This document shows, one piece after another, positions 47,505 through 56,846 of a DNA stretch of 64,000 nucleotides (position 1 is its first letter; every line of letters starts with the position of its first letter). The stretch comes from an uncultured Verrucomicrobiae bacterium (GTDB taxonomy: Bacteria; Verrucomicrobiota; Verrucomicrobiia; Chthoniobacterales; JAFAMB01): NCBI GenBank assembly GCA_963837955.1, contig CAWIPH010000002.1:2432001-2496000 (forward strand), written 5' to 3'. The notes under the pieces are model-generated. The model saw nothing but the letters and a program-made list of their open reading frames with translations. It was not told the DNA's origin and searched no databases. The position numbers and the translations under genes were made by a program.

Positions 47505-48929
47505 ATGAAAGATTCCTTGGCCGCTCATCTTGATCTTGTTGCCGGCTTCCATGCGCCTGAAGCCAAAGCACGCGCGGCGTTTCTTCGCCGGATTGGAGAG
47601 CATATCAATGCGCTCGGCGACGAATTGATCCACGTCTGCCAGGAAGAGACCAAGCTCGCGGCGGATCGTCTGCGAGGGGAACGTGCTCGAACGATAAATC
47701 AACTCGCCATGTTCGCTGACCTGATCGAAGAAGGATCGTGGGTCGATGCGCGTATCGATACCGCTCTACCCGAGCGTAAACCGGTTCCAAAGCCTGATCT
47801 TCGGAGGATGCTGCGAGCCCTGGGGCCGGTCGCGGTATTCGGCGCCAGCAATTTTCCTTTGGCATTCTCGGTCGCTGGCGGGGACACGGCTTCAGCATTT
47901 GCAGCCGGCTGTCCGGTAATCGTGAAAGGACATCCCGGCCATCCCCGCACCTCCGCTTTGGTAGGGGACGCGATTGATCGGGCCGTATTGGACACGGGTC
48001 TGCCCAAAGAAATTTTTTATTTGTTAACAGACACATCGATCGAAGCGGGAACGAAACTGGTTACTCATCCAGTCATCCGAGCGGTCGGCTTTACCGGCTC
48101 GACTCACGCCGGACGCGCGCTCTTCGATCTGGCAGCAGCCCGCCCCGATCCGATACCGGTTTTTGCCGAGATGAGTTCTCTCAATCCAGTGTTGATCATG
48201 CCGGAAGCGTTGCGAGAACGCGGTGCGGAAATTGTCAAAGGTTTAGTCGGCTCGGTGGCGCTTGGCGTTGGCCAATTCTGCACCAAGCCCGGGGTGTTGC
48301 TGGCGGTGCGAGGACCGGAGCTGGACCAGTTCAGGGAGGCGCTCGGTGATGCGCTCGCCAAAGTGGAAGGCGCGCCGATGTTGTATCGCGGTATCGAGGA
48401 ACGACTAGCTGATTCGCTTCGCAAGGTGCAGGCGTACGTCCGGGTGAGTCATGCCGCCCATTTTTTGGTTGCTTCGGCGAAAGACTTTCGGGAGAACCCC
48501 GTGCTCCAGGAAGAAATCTTCGGGCCGGCCACCTTGCTGGTTGAATGCGCGGACGAAGCGGAAGTACTACAGACAATCGAGTCGTTGCCAGGGCAGTTGA
48601 CGGCGACGGTGCACCTCACGGCTAACGAACACGAATCCAGTCGCTGTTTTCTCGAAACGTTTGCTGAAAAAGCCGGTCGCGTAATTCTCAATGGGTATCC
48701 GACCGGCGTGGAAGTCTGCCCAGCGATGCAGCATGGCGGCCCTTATCCGGCGACGACGGACGCTCGTTTTACTTCGGTCGGCACCGCGGCAATCCTGCGC
48801 TTCGCCCGACCTGTCTGCTTCCAGAACTTCGCCGAAAAATTATTACCGGCAGAACTTCAGAATGTTAATCGGCTCCGCATTTGGCGGCAGTTAAACGGTC
48901 GCCTAACGCAGGAGGATGTTAGTGGGTAG
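47505..48929 (+). CDS. NADP-dependent aldehyde dehydrogenase (2,5-dioxopentanoate / alpha-ketoglutaric semialdehyde dehydrogenase type)
   Basis: FGASNFPLAFSVAGGDTASA, GFTGS, AEMSSLNP, GQFCTKPG, EEIFGP and HGGPYPATTD motifs. Confidence 0.9.
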   Translation: MKDSLAAHLDLVAGFHAPEAKARAAFLRRIGEHINALGDELIHVCQEETKLAADRLRGERARTINQLAMFADLIEEGSWVDARIDTALPERKPVPKPDLRRMLRALGPVAVFGASNFPLAFSVAGGDTASAFAAGCPVIVKGHPGHPRTSALVGDAIDRAVLDTGLPKEIFYLLTDTSIEAGTKLVTHPVIRAVGFTGSTHAGRALFDLAAARPDPIPVFAEMSSLNPVLIMPEALRERGAEIVKGLVGSVALGVGQFCTKPGVLLAVRGPELDQFREALGDALAKVEGAPMLYRGIEERLADSLRKVQAYVRVSHAAHFLVASAKDFRENPVLQEEIFGPATLLVECADEAEVLQTIESLPGQLTATVHLTANEHESSRCFLETFAEKAGRVILNGYPTGVEVCPAMQHGGPYPATTDARFTSVGTAAILRFARPVCFQNFAEKLLPAELQNVNRLRIWRQLNGRLTQEDVSG

Positions 48930-49007
48930 CCGACGATGGGTAATCGGTAATCGGTAGGGCGAAAGCCTAATCTGGCAGGCGCCAGATTGGCTTGAGCCGT
49001 TTGTGGT

Positions 49008-49235
49008 GAATAGCCGCAAAAGAACGCAGAGATCGCAAAGAGAAAGAGGGATAATCTTCAAGGCGGGTAGGGCGAAACAGTCCGGCAAGCCGCTAGGTGT
49101 GATACCGTGACACGATAAAGCGCCGGACTGTGAGCCTCCGGAACCCATCGTTTGGCTCACACGTCTTATCTCGCTGTCGCTCGACGACGTGTTTCGCCCT
49201 ACCTTTCTTGCGTGTTTCGCCCTACCCGTCAGGAG
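49008..49235 (+). repeat. Left arm of the long inverted repeat flanking the M15 peptidase gene
   Basis: 49008-49116 and 49204-49235 are approximate reverse complements of 49935-50042 and 49902-49934. Confidence 0.85.
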
Positions 49236-49314
49236 TTCTCGTAATAGCAATTTGGTGATGCAGGCCCACGCCTTAACCGGTTCTTAGCATTCTTAGATTA
49301 AAAGCGAACGGAAT

Positions 49315-49878
49315 GTGGTAGACTCGCAGATGGTTCGCGAAGAAGTTCGGGAAGAGTATCTTCGCCGCGTTGAGTCGATTCATGCCGCCCTCGGGATCCC
49401 ACCAACTTATTCCAGCGCCCGGAATCTAACTCCCTACTTCGAGGCGTCCACGCTCACTCCCGTTGAGGGACACGATCGGCGGCACTATCTGGCGCCACAA
49501 GCCGCGGTTAGATGGCGCGAAATGAAGATAGCTGCCGCCATAGACGCAATTGAGCTACGATTAATCTCCGGCTTTCGGAGCGTCGATTACCAATGCGAAA
49601 TCATTGAGAAGAAACTGAGACAAGGCGCAGACCTAAATACGGTTCTATCCGTGAATGCTGCTCCGGGATTTAGTCAACATCACACCGGCCTGGCGCTCGA
49701 CATCGGAACTCCGACTCATTTAACCCTGGTGGAAGATTTCGAAAACACTGAGGCATTTCAATGGTTAACTTCGCACGCAGAAAAATTCGGGTTTCTCATG
49801 CCATACGTTCGCGGTAATCGGTATGGATTTATCTATGAGCCTTGGCACTGGGTGTTGAAGGAGACTAACGATTTATAA
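49315..49878 (+). CDS. M15B family D-Ala-D-Ala carboxypeptidase (VanY-like)
   Basis: ISGFRS..YQ, APGFSQHHTGLALD, WLTSHAEKFGF and YEPWHW motifs. Confidence 0.9.
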   Translation: MVDSQMVREEVREEYLRRVESIHAALGIPPTYSSARNLTPYFEASTLTPVEGHDRRHYLAPQAAVRWREMKIAAAIDAIELRLISGFRSVDYQCEIIEKKLRQGADLNTVLSVNAAPGFSQHHTGLALDIGTPTHLTLVEDFENTEAFQWLTSHAEKFGFLMPYVRGNRYGFIYEPWHWVLKETNDL

Positions 49879-49901
49879 TCGATCTCTAACCGTACGAGTG
49901 A

Positions 49902-50042
49902 CTCCTGATGGGTAGGGCGAAACACGCCCAAGAAATCGTGTCACCGTATCACGCGTAGCGCTTGCCGGACTGTTTCACCCTACCCACCATGGAAATCATC
50001 GCTCTTTTTCTTTGCGATCTCTGTGTTCTTTTGCGGCTATTC
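49902..50042 (-). repeat. Right arm of the long inverted repeat flanking the M15 peptidase gene
   Basis: Reverse complement reads GAATAGCCGCAAAAGAACACAGAGATCGCAAAG...GGGTAGGGTGAAACAGTCCGGCAAGC...GTGACACGAT, closely matching 49008-49116. Confidence 0.85.
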
Positions 50043-50055
50043 GCTGTTTCCCCGG

Positions 50056-51039
50056 CTACCAGCGTTGATGGACCAGCGCGCGAATCTGATTTTGATAGAG
50101 CTGCGTGAGAGACTCCATTTGGGAAGGGGCTAGCTCTGGTAGCCCCGCGGCCTTAATATTCTCGAGGACCTGGTGCTCATTTCTCGCGCCCGGAATGACA
50201 CAACTCACTTCCGGATGCTCCAGGATCCAGCGCAGCGCGAAGCTCGCCATGTTCACATTGGCTGGAACAATCTTACGAACCTTCTCAACCGCATCCAATG
50301 CAACATCCAGATCGACGCCGGAAAAGGTTTCGCCTCGATCAAATTGCTCGCCGTGCCGATTGTAGCTGCGGTGATCGTCGGATGCGAACTGAGTTTGCTT
50401 CGTAATTTTGCCGCCCAATAAGCCGCTGGCCAAGGGGAGTCGGACAAGGATTCCTACATCGCGCTTTTGGGCGAGTGAAAAAAACAACTCTTTCGGCCGT
50501 TGTCGAAAAATGTTGAAGATGATCTGAACCGTGGCGATGCCCGGGAACTCGGTCGCCTTGATTGCTTCTTCGATCTTTTCCACGCTGACGCCGTAATGAA
50601 GTAATTTGCCAGCCTGCTTAAGGGCATCAAGAGCCTCGAAAACTTCGGGCCGATAGTAGACGTCGGTTGGCGGACAGTGAAGTTGTACCAGGTCCAACGC
50701 GTCACGCTTCAGATTGGTCAAACTTCTTTCGACGAATGCGGTGAGGTTCTTTTTGTTGTACCCATCCGCCGTATGAGGTTGAAGGCGGCGGCCGGCTTTG
50801 GTCGCAACGTACACTTTTTCGCGACGCTTACCTAGCACCTCTGCGATCAGGCGTTCGCTTCTCCCGTCACCATATACGTCCGCGGTATCAAAAAAGTTGA
50901 TTCCGTTGTCGATTGCGGTCTCCAGAAGCTTTACGGCGTCTTGTTCAGAAACGGAGCCCCACGATGCGCCGATCTGCCAAGTGCCCAAACTGACTTCTGA
51001 AACTTCAAAGCCTGTCTTGCCAAGTTTACGGTATTTCAT
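50056..51039 (-). CDS. Aldo/keto reductase
   Basis: LGTWQIG, FFDTADVYGDGRSE, VATKAG, DLVQLH, PLASGLL and VIPGA motifs. Confidence 0.93.
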   Translation of the reverse strand: MKYRKLGKTGFEVSEVSLGTWQIGASWGSVSEQDAVKLLETAIDNGINFFDTADVYGDGRSERLIAEVLGKRREKVYVATKAGRRLQPHTADGYNKKNLTAFVERSLTNLKRDALDLVQLHCPPTDVYYRPEVFEALDALKQAGKLLHYGVSVEKIEEAIKATEFPGIATVQIIFNIFRQRPKELFFSLAQKRDVGILVRLPLASGLLGGKITKQTQFASDDHRSYNRHGEQFDRGETFSGVDLDVALDAVEKVRKIVPANVNMASFALRWILEHPEVSCVIPGARNEHQVLENIKAAGLPELAPSQMESLTQLYQNQIRALVHQRW

Positions 51040-51357
51040 TGATGAATGATAAAATGTTTTGGTCCGCGGTACTGGTTGATGATCTTCTGAAACACCGTCT
51101 GGTGCAAAAGTAAAGCACCCCAGTCGTAGATTTGCGCCCTTGCAACGTGTCTCGTGATGAGGAAGAGGGCCGTAAACAAATCAGCATCGTTCCTCAGCGC
51201 CGACCTGACTGCCAAAGCCTCTGTTGCAAAGTTGCGGCGGATTTCTGCGAAGTCCTGTCTCGCGCTTTCAGCGCTTGCGCGCCTGTTATTCCCTGTTCCT
51301 AGGGCTTCTCCCTAGGCTATCTTGAAACACGCCTTCGGCGCTAGGGCCACCACGGTT

Positions 51358-52152
51358 CTACTCCCGTCTTGAAATGATTTCTCCAACTAATCCCGAGGAT
51401 AGGAATCCCCCGTCCACAGCAATGGATTGTCCCGTGATATAATCGGCCGCGGGCAGGCACAGGAATGAAACCAATCCGGCCACGTCATGCGGTTCTCCGA
51501 TACGACCAAGGGGTGTGCGTCCGAGAATACCGTTTCGCAGGTTTTCATTTGTAAGAAGTTTCTCGGTCAGGTCGGTCTTAATGAAACCTGGGGCGACTAA
51601 GTTGACCCGGATTTTGTCCGGAGCCCATTCTACCGCCAGGATTCGAGTCAGCTGCGATAGAGCAGCTTTCAGTGAACCATATATCGAGCCGGTCCCGACG
51701 GCGACCTGACCAGCCACTGATCCAATATTGACGATCGAGGAGCCGTGAGCTGCTTTTAAGTACGGATGCAGAATTCGCGAAAGTTCCCAGATCGAGCCAA
51801 AATTCGTGCGCATAAGGTGGTCGAAATCCTCAGAATCGTAATCGACGGTTTGCTTGCGAATATTGGTACCCACATTATTAATCAGAACGTGCAGCGGCGC
51901 AGACCGATTCTCGGCCCAATGTTTGATGGTACGGAGACCTGTCGGCGTGCTCACGTCAGCCGTGACACCATCCAGTTTGAGGCTTTTCAGCGCCGCGTCG
52001 CGCTGAAACCGATCAATGTCATTCTTTTGCCGGGCGACAATGGTCACTTTGGCGCCAAGCTCCATCAGTTCTTCGGCCGCGGCGCGGCCGATGCCGCGAG
52101 TTCCTCCGACCACCAAGGCACTACGATCGTTTAAATTCCAGCGTTCACTCAT
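51358..52152 (-). CDS. Short-chain dehydrogenase, tropinone reductase-like
   Basis: GGTRGIG, LINNVGTNIRK, YGSLK and VDGG motifs. Confidence 0.9.
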   Translation of the reverse strand: MSERWNLNDRSALVVGGTRGIGRAAAEELMELGAKVTIVARQKNDIDRFQRDAALKSLKLDGVTADVSTPTGLRTIKHWAENRSAPLHVLINNVGTNIRKQTVDYDSEDFDHLMRTNFGSIWELSRILHPYLKAAHGSSIVNIGSVAGQVAVGTGSIYGSLKAALSQLTRILAVEWAPDKIRVNLVAPGFIKTDLTEKLLTNENLRNGILGRTPLGRIGEPHDVAGLVSFLCLPAADYITGQSIAVDGGFLSSGLVGEIISRRE

Positions 52153-52222
52153 AGTCTAAATTAGGCTCTACTGGTTCCTAGTATTTCGTTAGTTCCCCCG
52201 GGAAGAAGCACCAAACGAATAT

Positions 52223-52720
52223 ATGCGTAAATCATTTGCTGATCTTGAAGAGCGAGAAATCCTCGCGTTGGCCATTGCTCTGGAAGAAGAGGATAGCCGT
52301 ATTTACAGAGATTTTAGCGAGAGAATGAAAGAGAAGAACCCTGAGACTGCGTCAATTCTACAGACCATGTGCGAACAGGAATCTTCTCATCGCGATCGAT
52401 TGACGGAGCTGTATCAGCTCCGATTTGGCGATCACATTCCGCTGGTTCGAAGACAAGATGTAAAAGGCTTTATCAAGAGAAAACCGATTTGGTTGAGCCG
52501 AATCTTGCGACCGCGACGTGTGCTCAGCGAAGTTATGGCTATGGAAGCGGAATCGCGGCGCTTTTATCAGGATGCGCTCAATAGAGTGAAATCAGCCGAA
52601 ACTCGTAAGCTGCTGAGCGAGCTAGCCGAAGCCGAAGAAGATCATCAGGACATCCTGGTCGAAAAGTGGAAAGAGAAAAAGAAATCGGGCGCTCTTTCCA
52701 AGGAAGAAGCAGCCCGATAA
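52223..52720 (+). CDS. Ferritin-like/rubrerythrin domain protein (resembles the MbfA N-terminal domain)
   Basis: EILALAIALEEED.RIY, ESSH, FGDHIPLVRRQDVKGF and ELAEAEEDH di-iron motifs. Confidence 0.82.
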   Translation: MRKSFADLEEREILALAIALEEEDSRIYRDFSERMKEKNPETASILQTMCEQESSHRDRLTELYQLRFGDHIPLVRRQDVKGFIKRKPIWLSRILRPRRVLSEVMAMEAESRRFYQDALNRVKSAETRKLLSELAEAEEDHQDILVEKWKEKKKSGALSKEEAAR

Positions 52721-52727
52721 ACCGGCC

Positions 52728-53714
52728 TCAGACCGTCACGACAATCTTTCCGACATGTTCGTTTGATTCCATGTAGCGGTGCGCCTCAACGATTTCGCCG
52801 AGCGCAAATGTTTTGGCGATAATTGGTCTGAAAGTGCCATCGGCTAGTTTGTCGGTGATGAACTTTTTGGCGCGACCGAAATGTTCCGGAGCGGAGAGTA
52901 TCTCGGAAACCCGGAACCCGCGAATATTGAGCCCCTTGCCAATCGCCGCGAATAAAGGGTAGGGAGTCGGTTCAGGATCTAAGGCACCGTATTCCAGGAT
53001 GATCGCGTATTCTCCGGCAGCTTTGGCCAGAGTCTCCAGACCGGGACCAGCGACCGGATCAAAAGCGAGCGCGAATCCTTTTCCACCGGTGATTTCCTGG
53101 ATTCGCTGAACGAGATCTTCATTCTTGGTGTTGACCACAAAATCAGCGCCGGCGTCGGATAGAGCGGAGGCTTTTGCTTTGCTCCGGGTTGTGGCGATGG
53201 AAATGGCTCCAAGCGCTTTGGCGATCTGAATCGCAGCCAATCCTACGCTGCTGGCAGCCGCGGTGATGAGCAGATGCTGTCCTTTCTTCAATCCGCCGAT
53301 TTCAACCACACCGTATGCAGTGAAATATTGCATCCAGATTGCCGCTCCTTCCACCGGCGAAAGATTTGCCGGATAGGGAGCCAACGCATGCGCTGGCAGG
53401 ACCACGTATTCGCCGTAAGTGCCGTACTTCGTCATCAGGAATGAAGGAATCGAACTGACTCGATCACCCGGTTTAAGCCCAGTTACTCCTGGGCCGACTG
53501 CCTCAATGATTCCGGAGGCTTCGTAGCCGAGCAATGACGGAAAGTGTGGCTGTTCCAGGTATTGCCCCATACGGAACATAACCTCGGCCCGATTCAAACC
53601 GATCGCCTCGACTTTCAGCAGGACCTCTCCTTCTTTAGGCTGCGGTTTGGGAAGCTCTTCGATTTTCAGCACACTGGCATCACCGACCTCGTGGAAACGA
53701 ACGACCTTAGGCAT
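52728..53714 (-). CDS. MDR-family NADPH:quinone oxidoreductase-like (zinc-independent) dehydrogenase
   Basis: IGLNRAEVMFRMG, LGYEASG, ITAAASSVGLAAIQ and GKIVVTV motifs. Confidence 0.9.
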   Translation of the reverse strand: MPKVVRFHEVGDASVLKIEELPKPQPKEGEVLLKVEAIGLNRAEVMFRMGQYLEQPHFPSLLGYEASGIIEAVGPGVTGLKPGDRVSSIPSFLMTKYGTYGEYVVLPAHALAPYPANLSPVEGAAIWMQYFTAYGVVEIGGLKKGQHLLITAAASSVGLAAIQIAKALGAISIATTRSKAKASALSDAGADFVVNTKNEDLVQRIQEITGGKGFALAFDPVAGPGLETLAKAAGEYAIILEYGALDPEPTPYPLFAAIGKGLNIRGFRVSEILSAPEHFGRAKKFITDKLADGTFRPIIAKTFALGEIVEAHRYMESNEHVGKIVVTV

Positions 53715-53788
53715 AGTTTGAGTTGCGCTCCTCTCATCAGGATAGAGAGCGTTGATTGGTCGTCAAAATGTGAACCGACGAAGGCAAT

Positions 53789-53935
53789 GTGATTGGTGAG
53801 AAGTGATTGGTGATTGGACCACGCCAGCGATCGCTAGGGCGTATTTTTGAGAAGTGAAAGTGAATGGTGGATGCCTATCGGTAGATCTTCGGCAGAAATC
53901 TCTGACCGCCCCTTTCACCAATCACCAATCACTAA
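53789..53935. repeat. GTGATTGGTGAGA...TCACCAATCAC element, reverse copy of the 535-620 core
   Basis: GTGAATGGTGGATGCCTATCGG...GCAGAAAT is approximately the reverse complement of ATTTCTGC...CCGATAAGCATCCACCATTCAC. Confidence 0.7.
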
Positions 53936-53957
53936 CGCTCGTGTGAGCCGCTCCGCC

Positions 53958-55046
53958 CTACCGACGCTGGCGGACCAGATCTCTGGTGATCGCAGTCAGC
54001 GTCGGACAACCACATAGCGCCATAGTCAGATCGAATTCTTGGCGCAACATCTCCAGAACTGACGTTACTCCTGATTCACCGGCCACCGAGAGCCCCCAGA
54101 GAATCGGGCGACCAACAAAAACCGCCCGTGCGCCGTACGCAAGCGCTTTGAGGACGTCGGTTCCCCGTCTCACGCCGCCATCAATGTAAAGCTCGACCTT
54201 TCCGGCCACCGCATCGGCTATCTCGGGCAAAACTGAAATAGTGGCTGGCGTCGTGTCGAGTTGTCGCGCGCCGTGGTTTGACACGATGATACCAGAGACC
54301 CCATGTTCGATGGCGAGCAAAGCGTCATCGGCGCGCAGGATACCTTTCACCAGCACCGGCAGTTTTGTTATACCGGCGAGCCATTCGATATCTTTCCAGG
54401 TTAAGGCAGGATCATAGAGAGAAGCTAGATCGACGAGCGCGGAGCCGGCCATACCATCCGCAATCTTATGCAGGCAGGCCGGAGGAAGGTTTTTCAGCGA
54501 AAGGTTATCCGGCAGTTTGAATGGATTGCGGGCGTCCCGGTCACGCCTACCAAGCACTGGCGAATCGACCGTAAGGATGATGGCCTTGCAACCTGCAGCT
54601 TCCGCGCGCTTCACCAGCGCCGCGCTAATCGCTTTATCCTTGAATACATAGATTTGGAACCAGACCGGCCCGGTGGCAACCGCTAAGACCTCTTCGATAG
54701 AGGAAGTCGCGTTCGTACTCAGTGTCATCAAGGTCTCTGCGGCACCAGCCGCTTTCGCAGTCGCGACTTCTCCTTCGGGATGCGCCAGGCACTGAAATGC
54801 CATGGGCGCAATCAGAATCGGCATGGAGACGGGCTCGCCTAAAACGGTCGTATCCATTTTCCGGATACTTACGTCTACCAGCACACGGGGAAGTAAAGTT
54901 ATTCGCTCGTAAGCGGCCCGGTTCTCGCGCAACGTGACTTCATCGCCGGAGCCACCCGCGTAGAAGTCGTAGGCCGTTTGCGACAACAACCTTTGAGCCC
55001 GCCCTTCCAATTCCAGGAGATTGACCGCGTGAATCTTGTCATTCAT
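53958..55046 (-). CDS. FMN-dependent alpha-hydroxy acid oxidase (glycolate/lactate oxidase family)
   Basis: YAGGSGDEVTLREN, WFQIY, LTVD, VKGI, SNHGARQLD and DGGVRRGTD motifs. Confidence 0.93.
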   Translation of the reverse strand: MNDKIHAVNLLELEGRAQRLLSQTAYDFYAGGSGDEVTLRENRAAYERITLLPRVLVDVSIRKMDTTVLGEPVSMPILIAPMAFQCLAHPEGEVATAKAAGAAETLMTLSTNATSSIEEVLAVATGPVWFQIYVFKDKAISAALVKRAEAAGCKAIILTVDSPVLGRRDRDARNPFKLPDNLSLKNLPPACLHKIADGMAGSALVDLASLYDPALTWKDIEWLAGITKLPVLVKGILRADDALLAIEHGVSGIIVSNHGARQLDTTPATISVLPEIADAVAGKVELYIDGGVRRGTDVLKALAYGARAVFVGRPILWGLSVAGESGVTSVLEMLRQEFDLTMALCGCPTLTAITRDLVRQRR

Positions 55047-55110
55047 GAGTTATTTTTCAGGACTCGCCAATCTGACCGCGAGACGAATGCTTTCCATCAA
55101 AAAGTTCACT

Positions 55111-56799
55111 ATGCCATCTTCAAGCAAAGTTAAGGTTCCCGTCGGACTCCGGGGGATGGATCTCCTCGATACGCCGATTTGGAACAAAGGCACGGCGTTC
55201 GATGATCATGAGCGGGCGACGTTTGGCCTGCATGGGCTCTTGCCTCCGCGGGTTGAGTCCCTCGAGGAACAATCAACCCGCGCTTACGAGGCGTTTAAGC
55301 CAAAGACAACCGATCTCGAACGCCACATCTATTTGCGTCAGCTACAGGATACGAACGAAACCCTCTTCTATCGTTTGATGCTGGATCACGTAGAGGAGAT
55401 GATGCCGATCGTCTACACGCCGACGGTCGGCCTAGCCTGTCAGCAGTTCAGTCACATCTATCGACGGCCCCGCGGACTCATCGTTTCCTACCCGTTGCGG
55501 GACTCGATCGCGGAAATCCTGCGAAACCGTCCTTATCAAGAGGTAGGCGTCATCGTAGTGACTGACGGTGAGCGCATCCTAGGCCTGGGCGATCAAGGAG
55601 TGGGTGGGTTAGGCATTCCAATCGGCAAGCTTTCGCTCTATTCCTTGATTGGAGGCATTCATCCATCACGAACGCTCCCGATTATTCTCGATGTCGGCAC
55701 GAATAACGGACCGAAATTGAACGATCCGGAGTATCTCGGTTGGCGCCACGAGAGAGTCAGAGGGACCGAGTATCTGGATTTCGTGGACCGCTTTGTGCAG
55801 GCGGTGAAGCAGGAACTCCCTCAGACTTGTCTCCAGTGGGAAGATTTCGCAACGCCAAACGCCCGTCCGCTGTTGATGCGATATCAGGACCAATTACTGA
55901 CGTTCAATGACGATATCCAAGGGACCGCCGCAGTTGTTCTGGGAGCCATCGCTGGCGCCTCCAAGGTCGCCGGCAAACGCATCAGCGAACATGAGATAGT
56001 CTTCGTCGGTGCTGGTTCGGCCGCGATCGGCGTAGCAGACTACCTCCGGATCGCAATGGTCGAAGAAGGTCTTTCGGAGCAGGAAGCGCGGGCCCGCTTT
56101 TGGATCATCGATAAAGACGGATTACTAGATAGCGATCGCCGGGACCTTTCGGACGAGCAAAAGACTTACGCCAAACCTCGAAACGAGATCGCAGATTGGC
56201 CACACAATCAACAAGGTCAAATTGGATTAGCAGAAGTGATCGGCAAGGTAAACGCCACCGTGTTGATCGGCTTAACTACCGTCAAAGGTATTTTTACGGA
56301 ACCGATTGTTCGCGAGATGGCCAGAAAAACAGAGCGCCCAATTATCTTTCCGCTGTCGAATCCTACGAGCAATTCAGAGGCGGAACCGTCGGACCTCATA
56401 GCGTGGACAGAAGGTCGCGCACTCGTTGCCACGGGGTCGCCTTTCCCACCTGTGAAATACAGTGGGAGAAGCATCGAGATTGCCCAGTGCAACAATGTCT
56501 TCATATTCCCGGCGGTCGGTCTCGGTTTGGCGGCCTCACAGGCGCGAAGAGTGACCGATAGAATGATGCGTGCGGGAGCCAAAGCCCTGGGCGACAATTC
56601 TCCAGCGCTTAAAGATCCAAGCGCTTCACTGCTGCCACGGGTCGCAGCTATTCGGGACGTCGCGCGCGAGATCGCTTACGCCGTTGGAATGGAAGCACAA
56701 AAAGAGGGATTAGCCGTCACGAGTGAACCCGAGGAGTTCCGCCGGAAAGTTGTCCAAAGCCAGTGGACTCCAGAATACCTGCCTTACGAGGCTGGTTGA
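55111..56799 (+). CDS. maeA: NAD-dependent malic enzyme
   Basis: NKGTAF, MPIVYTPTVG, VTDGERILGLGDQG, FNDDIQGT, GAGSAAIG, LSNPT and QCNNVFIFP motifs; start taken at ATG 55111. Confidence 0.93.
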   Translation: MPSSSKVKVPVGLRGMDLLDTPIWNKGTAFDDHERATFGLHGLLPPRVESLEEQSTRAYEAFKPKTTDLERHIYLRQLQDTNETLFYRLMLDHVEEMMPIVYTPTVGLACQQFSHIYRRPRGLIVSYPLRDSIAEILRNRPYQEVGVIVVTDGERILGLGDQGVGGLGIPIGKLSLYSLIGGIHPSRTLPIILDVGTNNGPKLNDPEYLGWRHERVRGTEYLDFVDRFVQAVKQELPQTCLQWEDFATPNARPLLMRYQDQLLTFNDDIQGTAAVVLGAIAGASKVAGKRISEHEIVFVGAGSAAIGVADYLRIAMVEEGLSEQEARARFWIIDKDGLLDSDRRDLSDEQKTYAKPRNEIADWPHNQQGQIGLAEVIGKVNATVLIGLTTVKGIFTEPIVREMARKTERPIIFPLSNPTSNSEAEPSDLIAWTEGRALVATGSPFPPVKYSGRSIEIAQCNNVFIFPAVGLGLAASQARRVTDRMMRAGAKALGDNSPALKDPSASLLPRVAAIRDVAREIAYAVGMEAQKEGLAVTSEPEEFRRKVVQSQWTPEYLPYEAG

Positions 56800-56846
56800 A
56801 CGAAACCCCAATTCGGCGCCAGGTATGCGGGCGGGACCGACGAAGT

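Noticed and set aside
49315..49878. Vancomycin-resistance cluster
   Set aside because: No vanH/vanA/vanX/vanRS genes nearby; M15B peptidases are widespread housekeeping enzymes.
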